54,187 nucleotides of DNA from Calditrichaceae bacterium (GTDB taxonomy: Bacteria > Calditrichota > Calditrichia > Calditrichales > JBFXGD01). Both the position numbers and the translations under genes were made by a program. The notes beneath the pieces are model-generated. The model saw nothing but the letters and a program-made list of their open reading frames with translations, was not told the DNA's origin and did no database searches. Below, piece after piece: positions 1 to 9,164 of the stretch. The DNA lies in the NCBI GenBank assembly GCA_050178385.1, contig JBFXGD010000004.1:1-54187 (forward strand). The letters run 5' to 3'. How positions within the stretch are numbered: position 1 is the first letter of the stretch; every line of letters starts with the position of its first letter.

Positions 1-42
1 AATAGTTGGATATTAGAATAAATTCACCCGCCGGAAAAAAAT

Positions 43-618
43 ATGACAGGACAGATTGATCAGATCTATAAACAATTTTATTCGCAACTTCTTGTTTATA
101 TAAAAAAACGCATCCCGGATTCAAACGATGCAGAGGATATCCTTCAAAGTGTTTATGTAAAACTGTTGATGAGCGCGGATAAATTAAGAGACAAAGATAA
201 ACTTGCCGGCTGGATTTATGCTATCGCTCATAATGCCGTGATGGATTATTATCGAAATAAACGTATCTCTGTTGAAAAAATTGAATTGGATGAGTTGCCT
301 GAAATTGATGAGTCTGATGACCATGACAATACAAATGAAATCTATCAATGCGTACTTCCATTTATTAATCAGTTGAATGAAAAATACAGGAAACCGCTTT
401 TGCTGGCTGATGTGGAAAACAAATCAATGTATGAGATTTCCCTGGCGACAGGGATATCGGTAACGGCTGTGAAATCAAGGGTGCAGAGAGCCAGAATGAT
501 GGTGCGGGAATTGTTTCTCGAATGCTGCAGAATCACTTATGATTCAAAGGGAAAGTTTATTGATTACACCCCGCATGGTAGTAAAGAGGAAGACTGTAAT
601 AATTGCCGAAATCAATAG
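43..618 (+). CDS. sigZ: ECF-type RNA polymerase sigma-70 factor (SigZ-like)
   Basis: Region 2 (DAEDILQSVYVK...WIYAIAHNAVMDYYR) and region 4 (ISVTAVKSRVQRARMM); C-terminal ECC...D.KG motif typical of the SigZ group. Confidence 0.8.
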   Translation: MTGQIDQIYKQFYSQLLVYIKKRIPDSNDAEDILQSVYVKLLMSADKLRDKDKLAGWIYAIAHNAVMDYYRNKRISVEKIELDELPEIDESDDHDNTNEIYQCVLPFINQLNEKYRKPLLLADVENKSMYEISLATGISVTAVKSRVQRARMMVRELFLECCRITYDSKGKFIDYTPHGSKEEDCNNCRNQ

Positions 619-645
619 AATAAATTCAGGAAATAAAGAGATATT

Positions 646-1104
646 ATGAGTAGCTCACCGATTAATGGCGGTTTTAGATTTGATGTTCCTGAAAGTTTTG
701 CAAAGCAAGTATACTACAGAGTGCTTTATGTTCGGCAGGGATATGCAGGGGCGCTGGAGATTCAGAGCCGCTGTTACAATGGTCGGCCGGATTTAAGCGA
801 CATTTTAAAACTCAGGGAAACAGATATTGCCGAAACTAAATTACAATTGTGGCGGGATATAAAGACATCGTATGCTGATTATATTGTTGTACACACGGCA
901 GAGCAAATTGGATTGTCTGAAATCCGTGAGATAAGACGTGGCCTGAATACAAATGGTACGGTCATCCTTACGGAAACGCCGCCAGGAATAGAAAATTTGG
1001 ATAAGATGTTTATTTCCAATGGTTTTCAGCATGTTAAGCAGAACCATAAAAATATTATTGTTTTTAAACTGATACAAATCGCATGCTGTGGTAATATGCG
1101 TTAA
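646..1104 (+). CDS. Hypothetical protein, possibly a degenerate class I SAM-methyltransferase-like fold with a C-terminal CC
   Basis: 152 aa ORF just after sigZ; EIRRGLNTNGTVILTE resembles the 'EIxRVLKPGG' MTase motif; ends in IACCGNMR. Confidence 0.45.
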   Translation: MSSSPINGGFRFDVPESFAKQVYYRVLYVRQGYAGALEIQSRCYNGRPDLSDILKLRETDIAETKLQLWRDIKTSYADYIVVHTAEQIGLSEIREIRRGLNTNGTVILTETPPGIENLDKMFISNGFQHVKQNHKNIIVFKLIQIACCGNMR

Positions 1105-1354
1105 TTTATCGATCACCGCGTTTAGAAAAGCAGAGAAATGATCATTCGGGAAACAGACAGGCGGGCAAATTGAGATCGGCTTGATTTTAATCCTTAAAGA
1201 AATTAAATTACGTTGCTAGAGCAAAACGTTGAAAGTTAGTATTTCATGTAACTTTTGGCAAAAATGGACATCAAAAAAAGCGCTGAATCAGAAAAATCTA
1301 ATGTTAAAATTGAGAAGATTCGGGTGCTAAATTTTAGAGGGAGGTTTTAGAGAT

Positions 1355-1600
1355 ATGTCCACTCAGCCAAAAGTCATTGTTTTTTCTACGCCGACATGTT
1401 CATTTTGTACCTCGGCCAAAAGGTACTTCAGAGAAAAAAATATTAAATTCAGAGACATTGATGTATCAAAAGATACCCGGGCGGCGGCCGATATGCAGCG
1501 CAGGACCGGACAGACCGGTGTACCGGTGATCTTAATTAATAACCGACCAATTGTTGGATTTGATAAACAAAAAATTAATCAAATGTTAGGTATAAAGTAA
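1355..1600 (+). CDS. Glutaredoxin-like protein (NrdH/YruB family)
   Basis: CSFC active site, GQTGVPVI cis-Pro motif, IVGFD; RBS ggagg upstream. Confidence 0.9.
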   Translation: MSTQPKVIVFSTPTCSFCTSAKRYFREKNIKFRDIDVSKDTRAAADMQRRTGQTGVPVILINNRPIVGFDKQKINQMLGIK

Positions 1601-1610
1601 GGAGATTAAC

Positions 1611-1880
1611 GTGAATATTAAACCATTGGATGATCGTATTCTGATCGAACAGGTAGATGAAGAAGTTCAAAAAGTAGGTTCAATTATCATACCTGACTCT
1701 GCGAAAGAAAAGCCCCGCATGGGCAAAGTTGTTGCTGTCGGTACTGATGAAGATTTAAAGGAACTTGTAAAAGTCGGTGATACCGTTCTTTACTCAAAAT
1801 ATTCCGGTGATGAAATAAAGGTAGATAACAGAGAGTATTTAATTGTACAACGTAGTGATGTTTTAGCTATCGTCGGATAA
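1611..1880 (+). CDS. groES: Co-chaperonin GroES
   Basis: [23 protein letters not shown] mobile loop, [14 protein letters not shown]; GTG start with aaggag RBS. Confidence 0.95.
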   Translation: MNIKPLDDRILIEQVDEEVQKVGSIIIPDSAKEKPRMGKVVAVGTDEDLKELVKVGDTVLYSKYSGDEIKVDNREYLIVQRSDVLAIVG

Positions 1881-1885
1881 AAATT

Positions 1886-1908
1886 AGGGCTTTTACAGCC
1901 CTTTTTTT
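1886..1908 (+). terminator. Rho-independent terminator after groES
   Basis: AGGGCT-5 nt loop-AGCCCT followed by a T run. Confidence 0.7.
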
Positions 1909-2048
1909 ATTTCTTTTTTTACATCCCTTAAGATATTTTTGTATAACCCCCGCGTATATAAGGAACACACTCCCTGTAATTGGTTTTATAAAAAAAATAG
2001 ATTATATTTAAGGCTAAAATTAATAAAAATCAAAACTAGAGATGATAA

Positions 2049-3803
2049 GTGGATTCAAAAAAATCAGAGAAGAATCTAATTCTGGATGGTATTTCTGTGT
2101 CGAATGGCATTGGTATTGGTGAAATAAATATTTACCATACTGATTTTGACGATATCTCTGAATATACGCTGGAGACAACCAAAATTGTCGATGAACTGGA
2201 ACGTTATCTGGCGGCTGTCAATGAAGTAGATCTTATATTTCTAAGCAATCAGCAACGTGTGGCCAGAGATTTAGGCACAAAACATGCTGAAATCTATGAC
2301 ACGTACCATATGATCATCGAGGATCCCTTTTTTCAGGAAGAAATACCGGATACAATAAAGTCGGAATGTAAAAACGCGGAAGCGGTCATACGCAAAAAAT
2401 TGTCTTTGTATGAAAAACATTTCGCGAATGTAAAAGATGAATATCTGCGTGAACGTATTTTTGATATCCGCGGTGTTAGCCGGCGGCTGATCTTTCATTT
2501 GCTGCAGCATGGTGTTGCCGATGAACTTAACAATAATAATAAGTCAAACCTGATATTTGCAAAAGAACTGACTCCCGCTGACTCAATTCATTTTCATCAC
2601 CGGATGCTTAAGGGCATTGTCACCGAGTTCGGCGGAAAAACAAGTCATGCAGCGATCCTTGCCCGGTCAATTGAAGTGCCCGCGATCGTCGGGGTTTCAA
2701 ATCTCCTGAAACAGGTTAACAACGGAGATACGGCCATTGTTGACGCCACAGCCGGGAAATTGATCATCAGACCTGATAAAGCAGTGCTTTCTGAGTACAA
2801 TGATAAACGCAAGCAGTATCTCACCCGCCGTAACAAGTTAAAAAAGTTTGTCAAACAACCCCTGACGATGCTCGGGGACAGAAAAATTCAGCTTCAGGCA
2901 AATATAAACGAAACTTCGGAAATAGATCTTGCCCATAAATACAATGCGGGCGGTGTCGGTTTATTCAGAACGGAATTAAGCTTCATCGCGAAGGAAGCAT
3001 TTTTAAGTGAGAACGAACAATTCAGAATATACAGGAATGTACTTGAAAAATTTCCGGGGCAGGAAGTTGTTATCCGCGTCCTTGATCTCGGGGGCGATAA
3101 GTTTTTACCATTCACTGAGCTGCATCGTGAGTTAAACCCATTTCTGGGCTGGCGATCTATTCGGATTCTTTTAAGCGAAGTGGAAATTTTCAAAACACAG
3201 TTAAGAGCAATTATAAAAGCTTCCCATTATGGTAATGCTAAAATCATGATCCCCATGATTTCCAGTCTGGAAGAAATAATCGCCGCAAAAAAGATCATCA
3301 ATGGCGTCAAAAATGATTTGCGCAGGGAAAATGTTCCTTTTAATGAAAACATTCCCGTGGGAATAATGGTTGAAATTCCGTCGGCCGCGCTTTTAATTGA
3401 GATGTTAATCAATGAAATTGACTTCGTCAGCATCGGCACGAATGACCTGATTCAATATACACTGGCGGTTGACCGCAACAATGAAAAAGTGGCGGAATTT
3501 TATCAACCCTTAAATCCGGCCATTCTGTATCTCATTCATTTCGTGGCAAAAGCAGGCGCGCGCTTTAATAAACCGGTTTCCGTGTGCGGGGAAATGGCAG
3601 GGGATCCGCTCTATACTCAGCTATTGCTAAGTCTGGGGATTAATACTTTAAGTATGCAGCCCTCATCCATTCCAATGATAAAAAATATTCTGCTCCATAC
3701 CAAGCCGGAATTGCTTGCTGAAATTGCTGAACGTGTATTTACTTTCAACGAAGTAATAAATTTACGTGAATATTTGTACTCGCATATAGAGAGTATGCTT
3801 TAA
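2049..3803 (+). CDS. ptsI: Phosphoenolpyruvate-protein phosphotransferase (PTS enzyme I)
   Basis: GGKTSHAAILAR phospho-His, GVGLFRTE, NPFLGWRSIR, DFVSIGTNDL, VCGEMAG. Confidence 0.95.
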   Translation: MDSKKSEKNLILDGISVSNGIGIGEINIYHTDFDDISEYTLETTKIVDELERYLAAVNEVDLIFLSNQQRVARDLGTKHAEIYDTYHMIIEDPFFQEEIPDTIKSECKNAEAVIRKKLSLYEKHFANVKDEYLRERIFDIRGVSRRLIFHLLQHGVADELNNNNKSNLIFAKELTPADSIHFHHRMLKGIVTEFGGKTSHAAILARSIEVPAIVGVSNLLKQVNNGDTAIVDATAGKLIIRPDKAVLSEYNDKRKQYLTRRNKLKKFVKQPLTMLGDRKIQLQANINETSEIDLAHKYNAGGVGLFRTELSFIAKEAFLSENEQFRIYRNVLEKFPGQEVVIRVLDLGGDKFLPFTELHRELNPFLGWRSIRILLSEVEIFKTQLRAIIKASHYGNAKIMIPMISSLEEIIAAKKIINGVKNDLRRENVPFNENIPVGIMVEIPSAALLIEMLINEIDFVSIGTNDLIQYTLAVDRNNEKVAEFYQPLNPAILYLIHFVAKAGARFNKPVSVCGEMAGDPLYTQLLLSLGINTLSMQPSSIPMIKNILLHTKPELLAEIAERVFTFNEVINLREYLYSHIESML

Positions 3804-3832
3804 AGAGAACAGCTTCAAAATAGAGAGGGACT

Positions 3833-4186
3833 ATGTTACGAAATGCGGTCATTCGCTGGCTCATTAATTCCGCGGCTCTTTGGGTGGTTGATATTATGTT
3901 CGACGGGATCTGGTTTGACAGCACGGGTTCACTGCTTATCGCGGCTCTTGTTTTTGGTTTGTTAAACACTTTACTCAAACCAATACTGATTATATTCACT
4001 CTGCCGATAAATTTTCTGACACTGGGACTTTTCACCATTGTTATCAATGCAATAATTTTAGAATTAACCAACTTCTGGCTCGATAGTTTTCATATTTCAG
4101 GTTTCGGAGTGGCTATATTAGCGGCGATCCTCATCAGCATTGTCAGTATTCTTCTACAGAACCTGCTTAAGGACGATCGTTCCTAA
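3833..4186 (+). CDS. YvlD-like 4-TM membrane protein (phage holin 4 family)
   Basis: LLNTLLKPILIIFTLPINFLTLGLFTIVINA signature. Confidence 0.85.
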   Translation: MLRNAVIRWLINSAALWVVDIMFDGIWFDSTGSLLIAALVFGLLNTLLKPILIIFTLPINFLTLGLFTIVINAIILELTNFWLDSFHISGFGVAILAAILISIVSILLQNLLKDDRS

Positions 4187-4202
4187 TATCACAGAATATG
4201 GT

Positions 4203-5429
4203 CTATCTCGTCAGAGCCGGATTGTGAAGGATATAACCGTTTGAGTCCATCCGGTATTTTCTTTTTAGTTCCAGCGTATCTGCGGGAAGAAGCGCCATAA
4301 ATCCGAACCGTTCCCTGATATCGTCAATAGCCGTATTAAGAGCCTCCATACGCGTCTTTTCATCAAACAGATAAGACTGGAAGCCTCTGGGTTCAACATG
4401 TCCCGCGGTGACCCCCACATGGCGTATGCGAATTCGGCGAAAGCTGATTTCTTCAAAAATACGGCTGACAGCGATGAACAGGTCTTTCCCGTCGTCGGAA
4501 GGATGAAGCAGGCTCAGGCTTCGGGCATGGCGGGTGAAATCAGAATAGCCGATTTTTACGGACAGCGTTCGGCAAACCAGATCCTGTTCCCTTAATTTTT
4601 TCGCGATCCGTTCTGTAAGATATTGAAGAGTTCCTTTTACAATTGTCATATCGGATGTGTCTTCTTCAAAACTTGTTTCCCTGCTTAATTGCCGGGGGAT
4701 TATACGAATTTTTACTTCCCGGTCATCGATGTTGTTCGCGAGCTCCCAAATTTTGATGCCGTTTTTTCCGAACAGCTGCTCAAGGATTAGTTTTGACAAA
4801 CGGGCCAGATTGCCAACGGTAAAAATGTGTAAATCGGTCAGTTTCTCTTTAGCCGTCCTGCCGATCCCGGGTAAAACATCAACGGGAAGACCGCTTAGAA
4901 ATTCTTTCTCCTTGTCAAATGGAATTTGCACGATCCCCCGCGGCTTTTTTAGGCCGGATGCAATGCGCGCAATGGCTTTTGTGCTGCCGATACCCACAGA
5001 CAGGCCCACTCCGACTTTATGCCAGACTTCTTCGGTGATGTTTTTTGCGATTTGTACCGGGGCCGGGTGTAGATGCAATGTGCCGGTTAAGTCAAGATAC
5101 GCGTCATCCAGAGATGTAAATTCAACTAAAGGGGTGTATTTTAGATAGACATCATGAAAAATTTCTGAAACTGCGCGGTAGTGATCATAGTTGCCTTTTA
5201 GGAAAACGGCATTTGGACAGATTCCCTTTGCGCGCATAAGGGGCATACCGGTGCGGATGCCGCGAGCGCGGGCCTCGTAGCTGGCAGTATGAACGACACC
5301 GCGTTGATCGGCCGTTCCACCGACAATAACAGGTCTGCCGCGTAAAAGGGGATTAAATCCCTGTTCGACCGACGCGAAAAACGCGTCCGCGTCAATATGC
5401 ATTATAGTGCGATGCTGTTTTTTTGTCAT
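4203..5429 (-). CDS. dinB: Y-family DNA polymerase (DinB/Pol IV-like) with clamp-binding and RecA-NT-like C-terminal motifs
   Basis: HIDADAFFASVE, ASYEAR..G, SLDDAYLD, LPGIG; QSYLF clamp motif; LNTAIDDIRERFG. Confidence 0.9.
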   Translation of the reverse strand: MTKKQHRTIMHIDADAFFASVEQGFNPLLRGRPVIVGGTADQRGVVHTASYEARARGIRTGMPLMRAKGICPNAVFLKGNYDHYRAVSEIFHDVYLKYTPLVEFTSLDDAYLDLTGTLHLHPAPVQIAKNITEEVWHKVGVGLSVGIGSTKAIARIASGLKKPRGIVQIPFDKEKEFLSGLPVDVLPGIGRTAKEKLTDLHIFTVGNLARLSKLILEQLFGKNGIKIWELANNIDDREVKIRIIPRQLSRETSFEEDTSDMTIVKGTLQYLTERIAKKLREQDLVCRTLSVKIGYSDFTRHARSLSLLHPSDDGKDLFIAVSRIFEEISFRRIRIRHVGVTAGHVEPRGFQSYLFDEKTRMEALNTAIDDIRERFGFMALLPADTLELKRKYRMDSNGYILHNPALTR

Positions 5430-5453
5430 AATAAAAATAACACGATATTAAAT

Positions 5454-5708
5454 TTACCCCTGTAAACAGACGCGGGCAATTTGCCATTCAAGGCTGGAAT
5501 CTTCAAAAAGTAATTCAAAATAGTCGGAACTGTCGGCGATAATGGAAAAATGGTATTGTTTGTTTTGCCCCTGGTGACTGACCCAATGACTGTTGAGCTG
5601 ATTGATTTTATAAACCCGGCCATTCCATTTGAAGCGCAATGGTTTCATTTGTCCTTCTTTAAAATAGCCTATTACCTCAATGGGTTCGAAAATATCCTCA
5701 AAAATCAT
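5454..5708 (-). CDS. Small beta-rich protein, DUF6504-like, co-transcribed with dinB
   Basis: 84 aa with PLRFKWNGRVYKI...W...FELLF...W pattern; 24 bp upstream of dinB. Confidence 0.6.
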   Translation of the reverse strand: MIFEDIFEPIEVIGYFKEGQMKPLRFKWNGRVYKINQLNSHWVSHQGQNKQYHFSIIADSSDYFELLFEDSSLEWQIARVCLQG

Positions 5709-5743
5709 CTTTGTCCCGCGGTTAAATTTATGTTTGTTTTAAA

Positions 5744-5790
5744 TGTACAAACGTACACCTGAATATATAAAGTCGTTTTTAAAAAAGCAA
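5744..5790 (-). promoter_or_regulatory. Sigma70 promoter plus candidate LexA operator for the DUF6504-dinB unit
   Basis: Minus strand TTGCTT (5785-5790), 17 nt, TATATT (5762-5767); palindrome TGTAC-AAAC-GTACA at 5744-5757. Confidence 0.75.
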
Positions 5791-5910
5791 TCAAAAAACA
5801 AATAAATGAAGATTTCCGGGATGATAAATATCAGATCTTAAAAAATATAAAGGGCGGTAAAGATGCTTTGAAAACCGGAAGAATGACAGATCAGAAAATG
5901 TTGCGGCGGT

Positions 5911-6366
5911 TTAAAGTTCTCTTATGACGGTGACAACCTTACCGATAAGTTCAAAGTCAGGAGTCCGCGGATCGACAATTAGAGGAGAGACTGATGCATC
6001 GGCGGTTTCAAGCCGGATAAGATGTTTGTCAAAATAAATTTTCCGGACATAAATGCGGTGTCCAAGCTTAATAACACTGATGTCACCATTACGAAGGTGA
6101 GGGGTCAGGTTGACCGTAAGAAAATCACCTGAGAGAATGCCGGTATTGGAAAGACCGTTGTCAATGGCTTTAAGTGTGATAGATCTCGTATCATCTTTTT
6201 TAAAATTACTGATTATTTCACCAATATTATAATTTCCGCTTGTATGAAAGTTATTCTCCATGCGTACTTCGCCGAGAAGCGGAATATTATAAAATTCAGA
6301 ATTGAGATCGGAGTTTTCTGCCCGTTGTGCACCTCTCACGGTAAATCCCTTTTGTTTCAATATCAT
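5911..6366 (-). CDS. LexA/UmuD-like S24 domain protein lacking an HTH and the catalytic residues
   Basis: IPLLGEV, GILSGDFLTV, GDISVIK, LIGKVVTVIRE align with the adjacent LexA C-terminal domain. Confidence 0.75.
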   Translation of the reverse strand: MILKQKGFTVRGAQRAENSDLNSEFYNIPLLGEVRMENNFHTSGNYNIGEIISNFKKDDTRSITLKAIDNGLSNTGILSGDFLTVNLTPHLRNGDISVIKLGHRIYVRKIYFDKHLIRLETADASVSPLIVDPRTPDFELIGKVVTVIREL

Positions 6367-6390
6367 TAAAATTTAAAATACAAACTATTG

Positions 6391-7008
6391 TTAATGAACC
6401 ATTTCCCGAATCAGACCGATGACCCGACCCTGAATTGACCAATCACTCTGTGGGTAGATATCGCTATAACCGGGATTTTCAGCTTTCAGAAATGGTTTCC
6501 CCGCATCTGTGATCAGCCGTTTAACCGTGACTTCATCTTCAATCAGGGCGACTACAATATCTTTGTTGGCGGCGGTATTGCAGGACTGCACAACAACCAG
6601 ATCATCTTCCAGAATTCCCGCGTTAACCATACTGTCACCGCGTACTTTTAGTGCAAAATACCGGCCTTCCAGTTTGATCATCGCTCTTGGGATCGGTATA
6701 TAACGCTCCACGTTTTCCTGAGCAAGAATTGGGAATCCCGCGGCAACACGGCCAATCAGCGGTACATCAATATCACTGCCGGAAGACGGAGCGTATTCCG
6801 GATCGATAATTTTCAAAGTACGGGCGGAAGAATCCTTTTCCAGGTAACCTTTGCCGATGAGCGCGTCAATATGTTTTAAAATTGCGTATTTTGATTTAAT
6901 CTTTAAGGTATCCGCCAGTTCCTGATAAGTGGGCGCGTAGCCTTTTTCTTCAATGTAGCTGGCAATTAACCGTAGAATTTCTTTCTGCCTGTCCGTAAGT
7001 CCTTTCAT
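6391..7008 (-). CDS. lexA: SOS transcriptional repressor LexA
   Basis: LTDRQKEIL...GYAPTYQELA winged HTH, GRVAAG cleavage site, GDSM catalytic Ser, VTVKRL catalytic Lys; start moved to ATG 7008. Confidence 0.97.
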   Translation of the reverse strand: MKGLTDRQKEILRLIASYIEEKGYAPTYQELADTLKIKSKYAILKHIDALIGKGYLEKDSSARTLKIIDPEYAPSSGSDIDVPLIGRVAAGFPILAQENVERYIPIPRAMIKLEGRYFALKVRGDSMVNAGILEDDLVVVQSCNTAANKDIVVALIEDEVTVKRLITDAGKPFLKAENPGYSDIYPQSDWSIQGRVIGLIREMVH

Positions 7009-7026
7009 GGAAACCCCCATGTTAAA

Positions 7027-7072
7027 TGTACTAAAGTACACCAAATATAAATATTAACACAAAGGAAATCAA
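7027..7072 (-). promoter_or_regulatory. lexA sigma70 promoter plus candidate LexA operator
   Basis: Minus strand TTGATT (7067-7072), 17 nt, TATATT (7044-7049); palindrome TGTAC-TAAA-GTACA at 7027-7040. Confidence 0.8.
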
Positions 7073-7111
7073 GGAAAAAATTAATAATACCAAATTAAGT
7101 AAAAATTAAAA

Positions 7112-7825
7112 TCATCCGGATACCAATTGGACAAAATACGACTCAAAAGATTGACTCTGTTCAATTTCAGTAATCTCCGAAGCGCTTAAAATCTTCATGA
7201 CCCGGCCATCCTTTAAAATAATTACAGGATCGCACCATTGCCGGATGAGAGGAAGGATATGTGAAGATATAATCACAGTTTTGTCCCTGGCCGCCTGTTC
7301 GGTAAGGTAATTTTTTAGATTATACAGTGAAACCGGATCCAGACCGTTCAGCGCCTCGTCAAGGATTAGAAAGTCAGGTTTTCCGATCAGCGCGGCGGCG
7401 ATGGATAACTTTTGTTTCATCCCATGTGAATAATTGATAACAAGCTCATCGGCCTTGTCTTTGATGCAATGCAGATTAATTAAAAATTCTATCTCTTTTT
7501 GTATATCAGGCGTTTTTCTGATTTTTCCGATGAGTTCCAAAAACTCCCTACCGGTAAGATATGGAAGTAGTTCTGCGTCTTCGGGAGCATAACCGCAGAT
7601 TTGTTTAATCCGGAACCGATTCTCGTTCAACTCCATTCCGTTAAACCCGATGGTGCCGACAAATCCGCTGATCAGTCCGACAGCGGCTTTCAGAAGCGAA
7701 CTTTTTCCCGCGCCGTTTTGACCGATGAGTCCTGTCAGTTTACCGGGCCGGAAAGACAGGGTGACATCTTTTACAGCTTCTTGCCCGTCATAAGTGATGG
7801 ATAAGTTTTTAATCGATAACATCAT
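7112..7825 (-). CDS. ABC transporter ATP-binding protein
   Basis: Walker A GQNGAGKS, signature YSHGMKQK, Walker B LILDE, SSH switch; start ATG 7825 with gagg RBS. Confidence 0.93.
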   Translation of the reverse strand: MMLSIKNLSITYDGQEAVKDVTLSFRPGKLTGLIGQNGAGKSSLLKAAVGLISGFVGTIGFNGMELNENRFRIKQICGYAPEDAELLPYLTGREFLELIGKIRKTPDIQKEIEFLINLHCIKDKADELVINYSHGMKQKLSIAAALIGKPDFLILDEALNGLDPVSLYNLKNYLTEQAARDKTVIISSHILPLIRQWCDPVIILKDGRVMKILSASEITEIEQSQSFESYFVQLVSG

Positions 7826-7829
7826 TGCC

Positions 7830-9164
7830 TCACGAGTTAAAAAAGCGCCGGCTTTTATAAAAATAGAATAGTAGAAGCCCCACGCCGATAACCGGTCCAA
7901 TAAGCCGGTCATTAAGGAATAAAATTACAATAAAAATGACGGTAAAATGATACGCAAAACCCGCCAGCCTTGGTTCATCATAAAACATTATTTGAAAATT
8001 GAGCATGGCCGATAAGATCATTATGGAAAATATCAACAATACACCGATCAGGTTCAGCTGACCGGCGAAGGGTGTTTTAATGATGAGTAAAAATATCCAG
8101 TATGTGGCGGTTATAACAATTATATAAATAAATTCCACCATAAATTTTGCCAGCCAGATTTGATAAAACCTGAAAGGGAGGGTATGGAAGTACCAATCAG
8201 GGTCGGGAAGAACATATTTATCGTTAAAACTGTTGCTGTAATGCAGCCAGACAATGGTCAACGCCCATAAGGTCATCCACATATCGGCGTTTTTCATATC
8301 CAGAGTGTACATAAAAATCAATCCGGCGGTGTAACCGAAATATGTAAAAAATTTAAGCCTGCGGTATTTTGGGTTTCGCCAGAGGCCGAGTAATTCTTTG
8401 TTAAAAAGTGTCTGAATCAGAGCAGGGAAAATTCCTGGAATATTCCTAAAAGTCAATGATCCGGCTTCTTTTTGACTAAATGAAAGGGCCGTTGCCGGGA
8501 AGATTAATTCGAGATTGACTGATTTGTTTGCCGGGTGAAACCTAAATATCATTATAAGGATCAAAAACAGTAAAAGTACGTCGCTGATTATGGTATAAAA
8601 GCCCAAATAAAATGTCACCATATAAAGACCCGAATAGCCAGCCGTTAGGAGAGTTGTCGTTGTCAGGTACATTTTTTGCGTCTTTATTCTGAAAAGCAGT
8701 TCAAGAGTAAAAATAAAAAAGAGCGAATAGAAAATAACAAACAACACGAGCGCATAGGCTGTAATTATCAAGCCGGCGGAAAAAATCAACGCTGTTATCA
8801 CGGGTAAGAATAGGATTGCCAAAATTATCTGATATTTTTGTGAAAAATAGATAATTACCGCTGAAAGTTCATTAGGGGAAAGCGGTTGCCCATAAAACGG
8901 TTTCAAACCTTTTTGTCTTGGTACCAGGTACATAAATATAAACGGGCCGCTTACAATGGCTGCAAAAATAAACAGATGAGTCATAAGATCAGTCAGCCCA
9001 AAGGGTGACATTGCCCCGTACTGGATCATGGACTCGAAATATTGACGAAGCCGGTCGGATAAATAAATATATACAAGGCCTGAAAGTAAGATTACCTCAA
9101 TCTTTTGACGTCGTCCAAGTATTCGCCATATATGGATGGGTTGTTTTAATAAAAGTTGAAGCAT
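7830..9164 (-). CDS. Putative ABC exporter permease (multi-TM)
   Basis: Many hydrophobic helices, 'LFNKELLGLWRN' ABC-2-like motif, adjacent to the ATPase gene. Confidence 0.7.
   Translation of the reverse strand: MLQLLLKQPIHIWRILGRRQKIEVILLSGLVYIYLSDRLRQYFESMIQYGAMSPFGLTDLMTHLFIFAAIVSGPFIFMYLVPRQKGLKPFYGQPLSPNELSAVIIYFSQKYQIILAILFLPVITALIFSAGLIITAYALVLFVIFYSLFFIFTLELLFRIKTQKMYLTTTTLLTAGYSGLYMVTFYLGFYTIISDVLLLFLILIMIFRFHPANKSVNLELIFPATALSFSQKEAGSLTFRNIPGIFPALIQTLFNKELLGLWRNPKYRRLKFFTYFGYTAGLIFMYTLDMKNADMWMTLWALTIVWLHYSNSFNDKYVLPDPDWYFHTLPFRFYQIWLAKFMVEFIYIIVITATYWIFLLIIKTPFAGQLNLIGVLLIFSIMILSAMLNFQIMFYDEPRLAGFAYHFTVIFIVILFLNDRLIGPVIGVGLLLFYFYKSRRFFNS

Noticed and set aside
1304-1330. Possible CIRCE element upstream of grx-groES (GGGTGCTAA resembles the right half-site)
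   Set aside because: The left half-site position reads TTAAAATTG, not TTAGCACTC
3833-4186. Holin-family gene as a sign of prophage
   Set aside because: The YvlD-like family is commonly chromosomal; no endolysin, integrase or phage structural genes nearby
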